A stretch of 48,438 bases of DNA from an uncultured Rubellimicrobium sp. (GTDB lineage Bacteria; Pseudomonadota; Alphaproteobacteria; Rhodobacterales; Rhodobacteraceae): positions 1-48,438 of the forward strand of contig CAYUBT010000001.1 of assembly GCA_964443055.1 (NCBI GenBank), given 5' to 3'. This document shows, one piece after another, positions 16,771-27,293 of this stretch (position 1 is its first letter; each line of letters starts with the position of its first letter). The notes beneath the pieces are model-generated. The model was not told where the DNA came from. It saw nothing but the letters and a program-made list of their open reading frames with translations, and did not search any database. A program made the position numbers and the translations under genes.

Positions 16771-17790
16771 TCAGGACCGCAGGAGTCCAACGATTTCATA
16801 GGTCTTTGTCAGGATCGGCGCAGCAATCTCGCGGGCACGTTCCGCCCCCCGTGCAAGGGTGCGGTCGATCTCGGCCTTGTCGGCCATGAGGCGGGCCATC
16901 TCGGCGCTGACCGGCGACAGTTTCTCGACCGCAAGATCGGCGAGCGCGGGCTTGAACGTGCCCCAGCCCGCACCGGAATATTGCGCCAGAACCCCGGCCG
17001 GGGTCGTGTCGGCCAGGGCGGAATAGATCTCGACGAGATTCTTCGCCTCGGGGCGGCCCGCCAGCCCCTCGATGGACTCGGGCAGGGGCTCGGCATCCGT
17101 TCGCGCCCTGCGGAACTTCTTCGCGATCGTGTCGGCGTCATCGGTCATGTTGATGCGCTCCATGTCCGACTCGCCCGATTTGGACATCTTCTTCGTGCCG
17201 TCGCGCAGGTTCATCACCCGCATGGCGGGGCCTTCGATCACGGGTTTCGTCTCGGGGAAGAAATCGACCTTGAAGTCGTGGTTGAACTTCTGGGCGATGT
17301 CGCGCGTCAGCTCGACATGCTGCTTCTGGTCCTCGCCCACCGGCACATGCGTGGCGTGATAGAGCAGGATATCCGCCGCCATGAGCGAGGGATAGGCAAA
17401 GAGCCCCAGGCTCTGCGCCTCGGCGTTCCTGCCGGATTTCTCCTTCCATTGCGTCATGCGGTTCATCCAGCCCATCCGCGCGACGCAGTTGAAGATCCAG
17501 CCCAGCTCGGTGTGTTCGCTCACCTGCGCCTGGTTGAAGAGGATCGACCTTTCCGGGTCGATCCCCGCCGCAAGGAAACCCGCCGCCACCTCGCGCGTCG
17601 CATCGGCCAGATGCACGGGATCCTGCCAGACGGTGATCGCATGAAGGTCGACCACGCAGAACACCGTCTCGAACGCCCCGCCCTGCATGGCGACGAAGCG
17701 TTTGATCGCGCCGAGGTAATTGCCCAGCGTCAGTCCGCCAGAAGGCTTGATGCCGGAAAAGACACGGGGCGTGAACTTCTGCGTGTTCAT
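16771..17790 (-). CDS. trpS: tryptophan--tRNA ligase
   Basis: 339 aa. Class I motifs are a HIGH-like [10 protein letters not shown] and KMSKS (KKMSKS). Overall similar to bacterial TrpRS. Confidence 0.95.
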   Translation of the reverse strand: MNTQKFTPRVFSGIKPSGGLTLGNYLGAIKRFVAMQGGAFETVFCVVDLHAITVWQDPVHLADATREVAAGFLAAGIDPERSILFNQAQVSEHTELGWIFNCVARMGWMNRMTQWKEKSGRNAEAQSLGLFAYPSLMAADILLYHATHVPVGEDQKQHVELTRDIAQKFNHDFKVDFFPETKPVIEGPAMRVMNLRDGTKKMSKSGESDMERINMTDDADTIAKKFRRARTDAEPLPESIEGLAGRPEAKNLVEIYSALADTTPAGVLAQYSGAGWGTFKPALADLAVEKLSPVSAEMARLMADKAEIDRTLARGAERAREIAAPILTKTYEIVGLLRS

Positions 17791-17863
17791 GAGGATGGCC
17801 TTCTGGAAATGGGGGCGCAGCGGGCTTAGCCATGGGTGATATTCTCGTCAAGGAAGGCGACCC

Positions 17864-18568
17864 ATGCAGACGCAGTCACCAATGCCGCTCAATGCGATCT
17901 CGCCGGTGGTGCTCGTCCTCGCCCTCGTCATGGCGGCGGTCGAGATCGTGCTGTCGCTCGGCGCGGCGGGCCTTGCAGGCGGACCCGGGGCCATCGGCTG
18001 GCGGATGCAGGCGATCCAGGACTGGGGCTTCTCGCCGCTGATCTGGGAACAGATCGTGATGTTCGGCAATCATTCCGCGCAGATGCTGCGCCGCTTCGTG
18101 ACCTATGGATTCGTCCATGGGTCGTTCACCCATGCGCTGTTCGGCATCGCCATGCTGCTCGCGCTTGGCAAGTTCGTGGGCGATGTCTTTCCCGGCTGGG
18201 CCGTGCTCGTGGTGTTCGTCGGCGGACTGCTGGCGGGTGCGGTGACCTTCGCCCTCGTCATGCCGACGCAGAGGTTCCTGTTCGGTGCTTATCCCGGCGT
18301 CTATGCGCTGATCGGGGCCTTTACCTGGATCCTCTATGCCCGCCTCGGTGCGCAGGGGATGAACCGGGGGCCCGCCTTCCGGCTCATCGGCTTTCTGCTG
18401 GTGTTGCAGCTTGTCTTTGCCGCGATGGGTCCGCTGATGGGAGGTGCGGGGGTCGACCTGGCCTTCACCGCGGAACTCGTGAGTTTCGCCGTGGGGTTCG
18501 CCTTGTCCGTCGTGGTCTCGCCTGGCGGCTTTCGTGCCTTGCAGGCGCGGCTGCGAGAGCGGGGTTAG
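17864..18568 (+). CDS. rhomboid-fold polytopic membrane protein, possibly catalytically inactive
   Basis: 234 aa. YGFVHGSFTHALFGIAMLL resembles the rhomboid TM2 HxxxxHxxxN block, but GAYPGVYALIGA replaces GxSG and AELVSFAVG replaces AHxGG (by-eye alignment). ATG 17864 follows AAGGAAGG. Confidence 0.55.
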   Translation: MQTQSPMPLNAISPVVLVLALVMAAVEIVLSLGAAGLAGGPGAIGWRMQAIQDWGFSPLIWEQIVMFGNHSAQMLRRFVTYGFVHGSFTHALFGIAMLLALGKFVGDVFPGWAVLVVFVGGLLAGAVTFALVMPTQRFLFGAYPGVYALIGAFTWILYARLGAQGMNRGPAFRLIGFLLVLQLVFAAMGPLMGGAGVDLAFTAELVSFAVGFALSVVVSPGGFRALQARLRERG

Positions 18569-20112
18569 GCACCACGCTTGACCGCGCCGCGCAATTCGGA
18601 CAGGCGGAACGCGCCAAGCAGAGTGCCCGAAGCGAAATAGACTGCCGCCCCTGCGCCCACGAGAAGGGCAAGGGCCACATAGCGCAGCGCCGGCTCGAGC
18701 AACCAGTCACCCAGCATGAAGGTGAGCCCGCGCAGTGCCGCGACCATGATCAGCGTCGCCGTGAGAATCCGCCACAATCGCCTGCGCAGCCGCGCATCGA
18801 CCTGTGCCGCCTCGCCCAGCCGGCGTGAGCCGAGCCACAGAAGCCCCGCCATGGCCCAGGCTGACAGCGTCATCCCCCAGGCTGCCGCCGACCAGCCGAT
18901 GACAAGACCGAGGCCAACGGCGACGGCGATATTGATGACCATCGCCGCCAGCGCGTAGTGGAACGGCCGCCGCGTGTCCTCGCGGGCATAGAACAGTGGC
19001 TGCAGCACCTTCTGCAGCACGAATGCGGGCAGTCCCGCACCATAGATGGCAAGTGCCAGCGCCGTCGCCTCGGCATCCGCCGCGCCGAACGCCCCCCGCC
19101 CGTAGAGGACCGAGACCAGCGGCCAGGCGATGACCATGAGGGCGGCTGCGGCCGGCAGGGTCAGGGCGAAGGCGAATTCCGCCGCCCGGTTCAGCGCGTT
19201 GCGGCCACCGGCCGTGTCACCCGCGCCCAGCCGCCGCGACAGTTCCGGCAGAAGGACGGTGCCCACCGCCACGCCGACCACGCCGAGCGGGAGTTGATAG
19301 AGCCGGTCGGCATAGACCAGCCACGAGACCGCACCTTCGGTGTAGCTGGCGATCTGGCGACCGGCGATCAGGTTGATCTGCACGACCCCGCCCGACAGCA
19401 CGACCGGCCCGGCGATGATCAGCAGCCGCTTGACCTCGGGTGTCATCCGCGGCCAGCCGAGTCGCGGAGCATATCCCAGCCGCGCCGCCGCGCCCCAGGT
19501 GAAGGCAAGCTGGACCACCCCGGTGATCGGCACCGTCCAGGCCAGCGTCAGCCCCATGTTCCAGCCCGCCCGCCAGGCGATCAGCATCGCGCCGATGAAC
19601 ATGACATTCATCAGGACCGGGACCGCCGCGGCCTCGATGAACCGTCCGTGGCTGTTCAGCACGCCCGAAATGAGCGCCACAAGCGAGATGAAGAAGATGT
19701 AGACGAAAGAGATCCGTCCATAAGTCACCGCCAGGTCGAACCGCGCGTCACCGGCAAAGCCGCTTGCCATGGCCCAGACGAGCCAGGGCATGAGCAGCGT
19801 GCCCAGAAGCGCGAAGATGACCAGCACGCTGGCGAGGCCCGAGAAGGCATCGCGGGCGAAGCCGTCAGCATCCTCGCGCGAGGTGAGTTTCTTGGCGTAG
19901 AGCGGCACGAAGGCCATGTTGAACGCGCCTTCGGCAAAGAAGCGCCGGAACATGTTCGGCAATGCAAAGGCGATGTTGAACGCATCCGCCATTGCGCCCG
20001 TGCCGAGGAAGGCCGCGATCATGATGTCGCGCAGGAACCCTGCCCCCCGGCTCAGGAGTGTCCAGAGCCCGACGGTCACCACGCCACGAATCAACCGGAT
20101 CGGTTCAGCCAC
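18565..20112 (-). CDS. murJ: lipid II flippase MurJ (MviN)
   Basis: Start re-picked at GTG 20112 (VAEPIRLIRGVVTVGLWTLLSRGAGFLRDIMIAAFLGTG, the canonical MurJ N-terminus). 515 aa, polytopic. The glnD-murJ synteny is typical of alphaproteobacteria. Confidence 0.88.
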   Translation of the reverse strand: MAEPIRLIRGVVTVGLWTLLSRGAGFLRDIMIAAFLGTGAMADAFNIAFALPNMFRRFFAEGAFNMAFVPLYAKKLTSREDADGFARDAFSGLASVLVIFALLGTLLMPWLVWAMASGFAGDARFDLAVTYGRISFVYIFFISLVALISGVLNSHGRFIEAAAVPVLMNVMFIGAMLIAWRAGWNMGLTLAWTVPITGVVQLAFTWGAAARLGYAPRLGWPRMTPEVKRLLIIAGPVVLSGGVVQINLIAGRQIASYTEGAVSWLVYADRLYQLPLGVVGVAVGTVLLPELSRRLGAGDTAGGRNALNRAAEFAFALTLPAAAALMVIAWPLVSVLYGRGAFGAADAEATALALAIYGAGLPAFVLQKVLQPLFYAREDTRRPFHYALAAMVINIAVAVGLGLVIGWSAAAWGMTLSAWAMAGLLWLGSRRLGEAAQVDARLRRRLWRILTATLIMVAALRGLTFMLGDWLLEPALRYVALALLVGAGAAVYFASGTLLGAFRLSELRGAVKRGA

Positions 20113-20125
20113 CCCGTCCCCCGCC

Positions 20126-22804
20126 TCACCCCTCGGAGACTGTCTGCAACTGCGCCAGCAGCACATCGCATGCGGCTCCCTCGGGCAGCTTTCGCCCGAA
20201 TCTGTCCCTGACATAGAACGTATCGACCGCCTGTTCGCCATAGGTGACGATGATGGCGCTGGAAATCTGCGCGCCGCTGTCGGCGATCGCGCGGCTCAGG
20301 TCATGCAGAAGGCCGGGGCGGTCATGCGTGTCGACCTCGATCACAGTGCAGGTCTCGGAGGCGTCGTTGTCGAGGGTGATCACGGTGGGCACCCGGAATT
20401 CGTGTGTCGCCGCCGGGGCCCGTCCCTTCGGCGCCTGTGCCGCGTCGCCGTCCGCAAGCCTCTCGCCGATGCGCCGCTCGAGCCGCGCCATCCGGTCGTC
20501 CGCATAGGGTCGCGCCGCCTGGTCCTGCACCCGGAACACCGCCGTCGCCCTGCCGTCGCGGGTCGTGTAGGTGCGGGCGTCGACGACATTGGCTCCCGTG
20601 GCGGATACCGCCCCGGCCATGCGGGCGAACAGCCCGGGCGCATCGGGCATGGTGATGCAGATGCGCGTGGCATCTTGCGCGGGTTCGGGTGCAAGAGCAA
20701 GCCGGGTCTCTCCGGGTCGTGTCCCGCGCAGAAGGTGCGCGAAAGCGAGATGGATCTCGCCGGGCAGTCCCTGCCAGTAGCGCGGCTCGTGGCGGCGCAG
20801 TTCGGCGTCGATGTCGGCACCGGGCCAGCCGGCCAGTGCGCTGCGCAGGGCCCGCCGCGCCGCACCCTCGTCCTGCAACAGCGCGGAGGCGACGTCCCCG
20901 CGCGCGATCACCGCCGAGGCCGCCGCCCGGAGCCTGCGCAGCAGTACCGCCTTCCAGTTGTTCCAGACCCCGGGGCCGACTCCGCGAATGTCGCAGACGG
21001 TTAGCACGGTCAGCAGGTCGAGCCGCTCCTGTGTGCCCACAACCCGGACGAAATCGCGCAGGGTGCGTGGGTCGGAAATGTCGCGCTTCTGGGCCATGTC
21101 GGACATCAGCAGATGATGGCGCACCAGCCATTCCACCTTTTCGGCGTCACGGCGATTCAGCCCCAGACGTGGCGCGACGGCTCGCGCGATCCTTGCCCCG
21201 GCCAGGGAATGGTCCTCCTCGCGTCCCTTGCCGGTGTCATGGAGCAGGAGCGCTACATGGAGCACCCGCCGGTTAACGCCCCGGCGCAGGATATCGGTCG
21301 AGATCGGCAATTCGGCCTCGGCCTCTCCCCGCTCGATCCGGGACAGATGGCTGATGGCCTGGATCGTGTGTTCGTCGACCGTGTAGCGGTGATAGGTGTT
21401 GAACTGCATCATCGCGACGATGGTGCCGAATTCGGGGATGAAGGCACCAAGGACCCCGGTCTCGTTCATCCGCCGCAACGCATGTTCGGGGTTGCCGTGG
21501 CGGGTGAGCAGATCGAGAAACAGCCGGGCGGCCCTTGGGTCATGGCGGAGGTCATCGTCGATCCGCGCCAGATTCGCGGCGATCAGGCGCAGGGTGTCGG
21601 GGTGGATCATCACAGCCAGCCTCTGTGCCTCGGCGAAGGCGGCGATGATGTTGACGGGATCGGCCAGGAAGACATCGTGATCCCCCACGCCCAGGCGGCC
21701 CCGCCGCAGGATGAAGGGCGCGCGGGTCTGGTGCCGCGGCACGGCAGGTGGCGGTCCTGGCATCTGCTGGCGCGCTTCAAGCGCGGCAAGAAGGATGCGT
21801 GTCAGGTCGCCCACGAGTGTCGCGTGGCGGAAATAGTCCTGCATGAAATGCTCGACCCCGCGTCGCCCGTCGTGATCGCCATAGCCCATGCGGCGGGCGA
21901 CTTCGGGCTGGATGTCGAAGGTCAGCCGCTCCTCGGCGTGGTCCGCGGCGAGATGCAGATGGCAGCGCACGGCCCAGAGGAAGGCAGCAGCCCGCGTGAA
22001 GATGCCGTGCTCCTCGGTCGAGAACAGCCCGCGCCGCACCATCTCGGCCGGGCTCTCCGCCCCGGTCACATGCCGCGCGATCCAGTAGAGCGACTGCAGG
22101 TCGCGCAAGGCTCCCTTGCCCTCCTTCACATCGGGTTCGACCATGTAGCGCTGTCCGCCCTGCCGCCGGTGCCGCCTCTGGCGCTCGACAAGCTTGGCGG
22201 TGATGAAGGATGCGGGGGGCAGCGAGAAGACCTCGCGCTGCAGCCGCTCCTGCAGCTGCCGTGCAAGTGCTTGGTCCCCCGCGACATGGCGCGTCTCCAG
22301 CAGGCTCGTGCGGACGATCATGTCGTCGCGGGCAAGCTGCAGGCAATCGCCAAGGCCGCGTGTGGCATGGCCGATGCTCAAGTTCATGTCCCAAAGCAGA
22401 TAGAGCGCCGTCTCCACGATCCGCGCCGCTCCGGGTCCGGGTTGCGCGGATGTGAGGAACAGCAGGTCGATATCCGAAAACGGCGCCATCTCGCCCCGTC
22501 CGCAGCCGCCGGTGGCGACAAGGGCAAGACTCCCGGATGCGGCTGGGTGCAGGCGCGTGGCGATATCAAGGACGGAGCGAAGCAGCAGGTCGGTCTGATG
22601 CGAGATCGCGCGCACGACCGGCATGGCGTCGCGCGGATTGTCGGCAAGGGCGGCAGCCATGACCGCCCGGCCCCTGTCGCGCTCGGCGGCAAGGACCGCC
22701 GCCGCCGCCCTCCGCGCCTCGGTCGTGTGCGCCGCCCCGGCCAGTGCGGCCTCGAGCGCGGGCGTGATGCGGTCCTCGTTCCAGATCGCCCCCGGCGCGG
22801 TCAA
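20126..22804 (-). CDS. glnD: [protein-PII] uridylyltransferase / uridylyl-removing enzyme
   Basis: 892 aa. Nucleotidyltransferase motif GGCGRGEMAPFSDIDLLF, HD domain (LLLHDTGKG), and two C-terminal ACT domains. The start codon at 22804 is TTG, so the exact start is uncertain. Confidence 0.93.
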   Translation of the reverse strand: MTAPGAIWNEDRITPALEAALAGAAHTTEARRAAAAVLAAERDRGRAVMAAALADNPRDAMPVVRAISHQTDLLLRSVLDIATRLHPAASGSLALVATGGCGRGEMAPFSDIDLLFLTSAQPGPGAARIVETALYLLWDMNLSIGHATRGLGDCLQLARDDMIVRTSLLETRHVAGDQALARQLQERLQREVFSLPPASFITAKLVERQRRHRRQGGQRYMVEPDVKEGKGALRDLQSLYWIARHVTGAESPAEMVRRGLFSTEEHGIFTRAAAFLWAVRCHLHLAADHAEERLTFDIQPEVARRMGYGDHDGRRGVEHFMQDYFRHATLVGDLTRILLAALEARQQMPGPPPAVPRHQTRAPFILRRGRLGVGDHDVFLADPVNIIAAFAEAQRLAVMIHPDTLRLIAANLARIDDDLRHDPRAARLFLDLLTRHGNPEHALRRMNETGVLGAFIPEFGTIVAMMQFNTYHRYTVDEHTIQAISHLSRIERGEAEAELPISTDILRRGVNRRVLHVALLLHDTGKGREEDHSLAGARIARAVAPRLGLNRRDAEKVEWLVRHHLLMSDMAQKRDISDPRTLRDFVRVVGTQERLDLLTVLTVCDIRGVGPGVWNNWKAVLLRRLRAAASAVIARGDVASALLQDEGAARRALRSALAGWPGADIDAELRRHEPRYWQGLPGEIHLAFAHLLRGTRPGETRLALAPEPAQDATRICITMPDAPGLFARMAGAVSATGANVVDARTYTTRDGRATAVFRVQDQAARPYADDRMARLERRIGERLADGDAAQAPKGRAPAATHEFRVPTVITLDNDASETCTVIEVDTHDRPGLLHDLSRAIADSGAQISSAIIVTYGEQAVDTFYVRDRFGRKLPEGAACDVLLAQLQTVSEG

Positions 22805-22836
22805 CCCGCCTGGCGCGGAGTCATCAGGGGTCCGCT

Positions 22837-24015
22837 TCAGGAACCGGCCCCGCCGAAGGCGCGCGGCGCGGCGTCGACGATCCGCACCTGGCCGTTCTCG
22901 ACCTGGGCCACGGCGAGGCCGCGCTCGTTCGTGCCGTTCGACAGCAGGCGGAAGATTCCGGCGGTGCCCTGGAAACCCTGCGGCTGGGTCAGCGCGCGGC
23001 GCGAGAGCGCCTGCGCTTCACCGCGCGCGGTCAGCGCGCCGATGGCCGCGATCCCGTCATAGGCAAGGCTCGCGAGCGGATGCGGCGGCGTGCCGTAGGC
23101 CGCGTTGTAGCGGCTTTCGAACAGGGCCGTGCGCTGCTGGTCGGGCAGGGCGAAAAGCCCGTGCTGCAGCCCCGGCAGGCTCAGCGCCTGCGGCGTCGCG
23201 TTCCAGCGTGTCAGGCCGACGAGGCGCACGGCTGCGGAATCGATCCCGGCCTCGGGCAGCGCGGTCGCGAGGATCGGCAGGTCCGCATTGACGCCGGCGG
23301 TCGTGAAGACGGCCCCCGCGCCGGAGGAGCGTGCCGCCGCCGCGATGCGCGGCGCAGCCTCGAGGACGCCCGATTGCGAGAGCGGGTAGCTCTCGATCCC
23401 GGCGATGGACCCGCCATTGCCGCGCACGGCGGCGGTGATGGAATCGCGCCCGATCTCGCCCTGCAGGTCCTGGCCGTGGACGACGAGATAGTTGTTCACG
23501 CCGTTGCGCAGACCGTAGCGCACCAGCCGGTCGGCGGTGTTGCGGAAGGTCTGGCCGAGAATGAAGACATTGCCGCCGGCAATGGTCGGATTGTTCGAGA
23601 AGGCGAGAAGACTGACCCCGGAGGAGGCGACCGCCACCCCGGCGGCATTGGCCTCTTCGGCATAGAGCGGCCCGAGGATGATTCCGGCCCCGTCATTCAC
23701 CGCCTGCTGCGCCACCTGGGCCGCGCGCGCGGGGTCGCCGCCGGTGGCATAGACCCGCAGGTTGATCTGCTGGCCGTCGAGGTCGGAGACCGCGAGCCTT
23801 GCGGCATTCTCGAGATGGGAGGCGATCAGCTCGTCGCTCGAACTGCCCGATCCTGCCGGGACGAGCAGCGCCACCGTGACCGGCGCTCCCGGCTCGATCG
23901 GTGGCGCATCGCCTATCTGGCCGGGTGCGACATCGCAGGCGGCCAGCGTGACGGCCCCGGCCAGCGCGGCGAGAAACGAGAGCGCCCTGCGGCGCGAGAA
24001 GAGGCTGGCAATCAT
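22837..24015 (-). CDS. LpoA/LppC-like penicillin-binding-protein activator lipoprotein (periplasmic-binding-protein type I fold)
   Basis: Start re-picked at ATG 24015 (MIASLFSRRRALSFLAALAGAVTLAAC, signal plus lipobox). PBP1 fold blocks are present. The divergent position next to rsmI-yraN is the conserved lpoA synteny. Confidence 0.7.
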   Translation of the reverse strand: MIASLFSRRRALSFLAALAGAVTLAACDVAPGQIGDAPPIEPGAPVTVALLVPAGSGSSSDELIASHLENAARLAVSDLDGQQINLRVYATGGDPARAAQVAQQAVNDGAGIILGPLYAEEANAAGVAVASSGVSLLAFSNNPTIAGGNVFILGQTFRNTADRLVRYGLRNGVNNYLVVHGQDLQGEIGRDSITAAVRGNGGSIAGIESYPLSQSGVLEAAPRIAAAARSSGAGAVFTTAGVNADLPILATALPEAGIDSAAVRLVGLTRWNATPQALSLPGLQHGLFALPDQQRTALFESRYNAAYGTPPHPLASLAYDGIAAIGALTARGEAQALSRRALTQPQGFQGTAGIFRLLSNGTNERGLAVAQVENGQVRIVDAAPRAFGGAGS

Positions 24016-24111
24016 GACACGATCCTTCAAAGCGACGACCTGCGGGCGGGGGCCCCCGTGCGTTTTCCCATCATATGGAAGATGCTCTCCGGGTCTAGGG
24101 AGGAATGCACG

Positions 24112-24978
24112 ATGTCCTGGCCGCAAGCGGAAATCGACCCGGGTCTTCACCTCGTCGCCACGCCGATCGGCAATGCCCGCGACATCACGCTCCGCGCGCT
24201 CGACGTGTTGGCGAGCGCCGACCTGCTGGCCGCCGAGGACACCCGCAGCCTGCGGCGGCTGATGGAGATTCACGGTGTGGCGCTGGCCGGACGCGAGATC
24301 GTGGCCGTGCATGATCACTCGGGTCCGGGGGCCGAGGCGCGGGTGCTGGGGGCGCTGAAGACGGGCGCATCCGTCGCCTATGCCTCCGAGGCGGGAACGC
24401 CCGTGCTCTCGGATCCGGGCTTCACGCTGGCCCGCGCGGCGATTGCGGGGGGAGTGGCGGTGACGGCGGTGCCGGGGGCCTCGGCTCTGCTGGCGGCGCT
24501 CTGCGTCTCGGGTGTGCCTGCGGAGCGGTTCGCCTTCATGGGCTTCCTGCCCGCGGCGGCGGGCGAGCGGCAGGAGGAGTTGCGGAAACTGCGCGATTTT
24601 CCGCTGACGATGTTCTTTCTGGAATCCCCCCGGAGAATCGCGACGACGTTAGGGGAAATGAAGGAGATTCTGGGCGAGGATCGACCGGCTGCCCTGTGCA
24701 GGGAGCTGACGAAGCGATTCGAAGAGGTGATACGTGGCACAGTGGGCAGTCTTGCCGACGGGATTGCTCCTGACGGACTGCGCGGGGAGGTGGTGCTCGT
24801 CGTCGGGCGCGGCCGGCCCGTGCAGGTCGGGGAGGACGATATCCGCGTCGCCCTGCAGCAGGCCATGGGCACCATGCGGCTGAAGGATGCGGCAACGGCG
24901 GTTGCCGGGGCGCTCGGCCTGTCGCGGCGGCAGGTCTACCAGATCGCGCTCGAGATGCAGGAAGAGGACGGGACATGA
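24112..24978 (+). CDS. rsmI: 16S rRNA (cytidine1402-2'-O)-methyltransferase
   Basis: Start re-picked at ATG 24112. LHLVATPIGNARDITLRALDVLASADLLAAEDTR and LSDPG are RsmI (tetrapyrrole-methylase fold) hallmarks. Confidence 0.92.
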   Translation: MSWPQAEIDPGLHLVATPIGNARDITLRALDVLASADLLAAEDTRSLRRLMEIHGVALAGREIVAVHDHSGPGAEARVLGALKTGASVAYASEAGTPVLSDPGFTLARAAIAGGVAVTAVPGASALLAALCVSGVPAERFAFMGFLPAAAGERQEELRKLRDFPLTMFFLESPRRIATTLGEMKEILGEDRPAALCRELTKRFEEVIRGTVGSLADGIAPDGLRGEVVLVVGRGRPVQVGEDDIRVALQQAMGTMRLKDAATAVAGALGLSRRQVYQIALEMQEEDGT

Positions 24979-25355
24979 CGATGACACGACAGCGAAGCCT
25001 GCGCGGGCAGCGCAACCATTCCTCGGGCCTTGTTGCGGAAGACATCGTCGCAGGCCGCTACGAACGCGAAGGCAAGCCCGTTCTCGATCGCCGCTGGCGC
25101 GGGCAGGGCGGCGAGATCGACATCATCGCCCGCGAAGGCGATTCCCTCGTGTTCGTCGAGGTGAAGAAGGCCCGCACCCATGACGAGGCCGCCTGGCGTC
25201 TGGGCGCGCGCCAGATCGCCCGGCTCTGTGCGGCAGCTTCGGAATATCTGGCGGGCGAACCGCGCGGCCAGGATTCGGACATGCGGTTCGACCTCGCCCT
25301 CGTCGATGGCAGGGGGGCGGTCCGGGTCATCGAGAACGCCTTCATGGCCGCATGA
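24975..25355 (+). CDS. YraN-family (UPF0102) predicted endonuclease
   Basis: 126 aa. GLVAEDIVAGRYEREG...GEIDIIAREGDSLVFVEVKKAR is the YraN signature. ATGA overlap with the rsmI stop. Confidence 0.85.
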   Translation: MTMTRQRSLRGQRNHSSGLVAEDIVAGRYEREGKPVLDRRWRGQGGEIDIIAREGDSLVFVEVKKARTHDEAAWRLGARQIARLCAAASEYLAGEPRGQDSDMRFDLALVDGRGAVRVIENAFMAA

Positions 25356-25415
25356 TCACCCATTGCGCCGCTGCGCCTGACGGGCCAGACAGGGCCTGTC
25401 ATGCGGAGAGAGATC

Positions 25416-26360
25416 ATGGGCCTGAAAGTCGCCTTCCAGATGGATCCGATCGAAAGCGTCAATATCGACGGCGATTCGAGCTTTCGCATTGCTGAAGAGG
25501 CACAGGCGCGCGGGCATGAACTGTTCTATTACCGTCCCGACGCGCTCGCCTTCCAGGAGGGGCGGGTCACCGCGCGCGGCTGGCCGCTGACAGTCCGGCG
25601 GGTGCGGGGCGATCACTACACGCTCGGCCCCGAGGCCGAGGTCGATCTGGCGGATTTCGATGTGGTCTGGCTGCGCCAGGATCCGCCCTTCGACATGCAT
25701 TACATCACCACGACGCATCTGCTGGACATGATCCATCCCGGCACGCTCGTGGTGAACGATCCGTTCTGGGTTCGCAACTATCCCGAAAAGCTGCTGGTCC
25801 TGCGTTTCCCCGACCTGACCCCGCCCACGGCCATCGCCCGCGACCTCGCCACATTGCGCGCCTTTCGCGAACGCCATGGCGACGTGATCCTCAAGCCGCT
25901 CTACGGCAATGGCGGCGCGGGCGTGTTCAAGCTGGCCCATGGCGATTCCAACCTGTCGTCGCTGTTCGAACTCTTCACCGGCTTCTCGCGCGAGCCGCTG
26001 ATCGTCCAGAAATTCCTCCCGGCCGTTGCGCAGGGCGACAAGCGCGTGATCCTGATCGACGGGGAGGTCGCGGGCGCGATCAACCGCGTGCCTGCGCCGG
26101 GCGAGACGCGTTCGAACATGCATGTCGGCGGCCGTCCCGAGAAGGTGGAACTCACCGACCGCGACCGCGAGATCTGCGCTCGGATCGGCCCGCTCCTGCG
26201 CGAGAAGGGGCAGGTCTTCGTCGGGATCGACGTGATCGGCGACTGGCTGACCGAGATCAACGTCACCTCGCCCACCGGCATCCAGGAGCTTGAGCGGTTC
26301 GATGGCACCAATTCCGCCCGTCTCATCTGGGAGGCGATCGAGGCGCGGCGGGGACTCTGA
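25416..26360 (+). CDS. gshB: glutathione synthase
   Basis: [36 protein letters not shown] plus ATP-grasp blocks ([32 protein letters not shown]). An in-frame ATG at 25401 is an alternative start. Confidence 0.92.
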   Translation: MGLKVAFQMDPIESVNIDGDSSFRIAEEAQARGHELFYYRPDALAFQEGRVTARGWPLTVRRVRGDHYTLGPEAEVDLADFDVVWLRQDPPFDMHYITTTHLLDMIHPGTLVVNDPFWVRNYPEKLLVLRFPDLTPPTAIARDLATLRAFRERHGDVILKPLYGNGGAGVFKLAHGDSNLSSLFELFTGFSREPLIVQKFLPAVAQGDKRVILIDGEVAGAINRVPAPGETRSNMHVGGRPEKVELTDRDREICARIGPLLREKGQVFVGIDVIGDWLTEINVTSPTGIQELERFDGTNSARLIWEAIEARRGL

Positions 26361-26363
26361 CCC

Positions 26364-27293
26364 ATGTCGCGGCGGATGGTCCTTGCCGTCCGGCTCGCGC
26401 GCCTGTTCCTGCGTCCTCGCATCGCACGAATGCGCCTTCCGGATGAGCCGCGACATGTCGCGGCGCGTTGGGCGTGGTGGTTTTCGCGCGGCCCGCCGTA
26501 TCTGCGTCGCCTGATCCGCCACCGGGACGGGCTCGAATGGCACTGGATCGCGGCGGGTCCGGTCGCCCCTCGCCGAGTGGTCCTCTATTTCCACGGCGGA
26601 GCCTTCGTCGCGGGCTCGCCCGCCACCCATGAGGCGATGCTCGGCCGCCTGTCGCGGCTTTCCGGGGTCGAGATCTGCGCGCCGCGCTACCCCCTTGCCC
26701 AGGAGAAGCCCTTTCCCGCCGCGCCCCAGACGGCCCTTGCCGCGTGGGAGGAACTCGGGACGCTGGGCTACCGTCCCGGCGACATCGTGCTTGCGGGCGA
26801 TTCCGCGGGTGGCGCGCTGGCGGCGGGGCTGCTGGCGCAGGTGCTCGCCCGGGGGGAACGGCCCGCGGCGGCGCTGCTGTTCTCGCCCTGGACCGATCTC
26901 ACCCTGTCTGGCGGGAGCCTGCGCAGCAACGGTCCACGCGATCCGGTCCTGCCTGTCGAGCGGATCGGGGAGATCATCGCGCTTTATCTCGCCGGGGCAG
27001 ACCCGCGTGATCCGCGTGCCTCGCCGGTGTTGGCAGATTACCCGGATGCGCCGCCCGTGCTGATCCAGACCGGCGCGGAGGAGGCGCTTCTGTCGGATTC
27101 GGAACGTCTTGCGGCGCGGCTGCGTGAAGGCGGCGGCGAGGTCACGCTCGACCTCTGGCCGGGCTGTCCGCATGTCTGGCATCTGGGCGACGGCTGGCTG
27201 CCCGAGTCGCGATCGGCCCTGCGCAAGGCCGCCAGCTTCGTTCAGGTATCCTTCGACAGGGCGAGCCGGTATGAGAGCGCCTCGGCCACATGA
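26364..27293 (+). CDS. alpha/beta hydrolase, fold-3 (HSL/Aes-like esterase)
   Basis: 309 aa. Oxyanion HGGAF motif, nucleophile elbow GDSAGG, and a C-terminal His region (CPHVWH). Confidence 0.8.
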   Translation: MSRRMVLAVRLARLFLRPRIARMRLPDEPRHVAARWAWWFSRGPPYLRRLIRHRDGLEWHWIAAGPVAPRRVVLYFHGGAFVAGSPATHEAMLGRLSRLSGVEICAPRYPLAQEKPFPAAPQTALAAWEELGTLGYRPGDIVLAGDSAGGALAAGLLAQVLARGERPAAALLFSPWTDLTLSGGSLRSNGPRDPVLPVERIGEIIALYLAGADPRDPRASPVLADYPDAPPVLIQTGAEEALLSDSERLAARLREGGGEVTLDLWPGCPHVWHLGDGWLPESRSALRKAASFVQVSFDRASRYESASAT

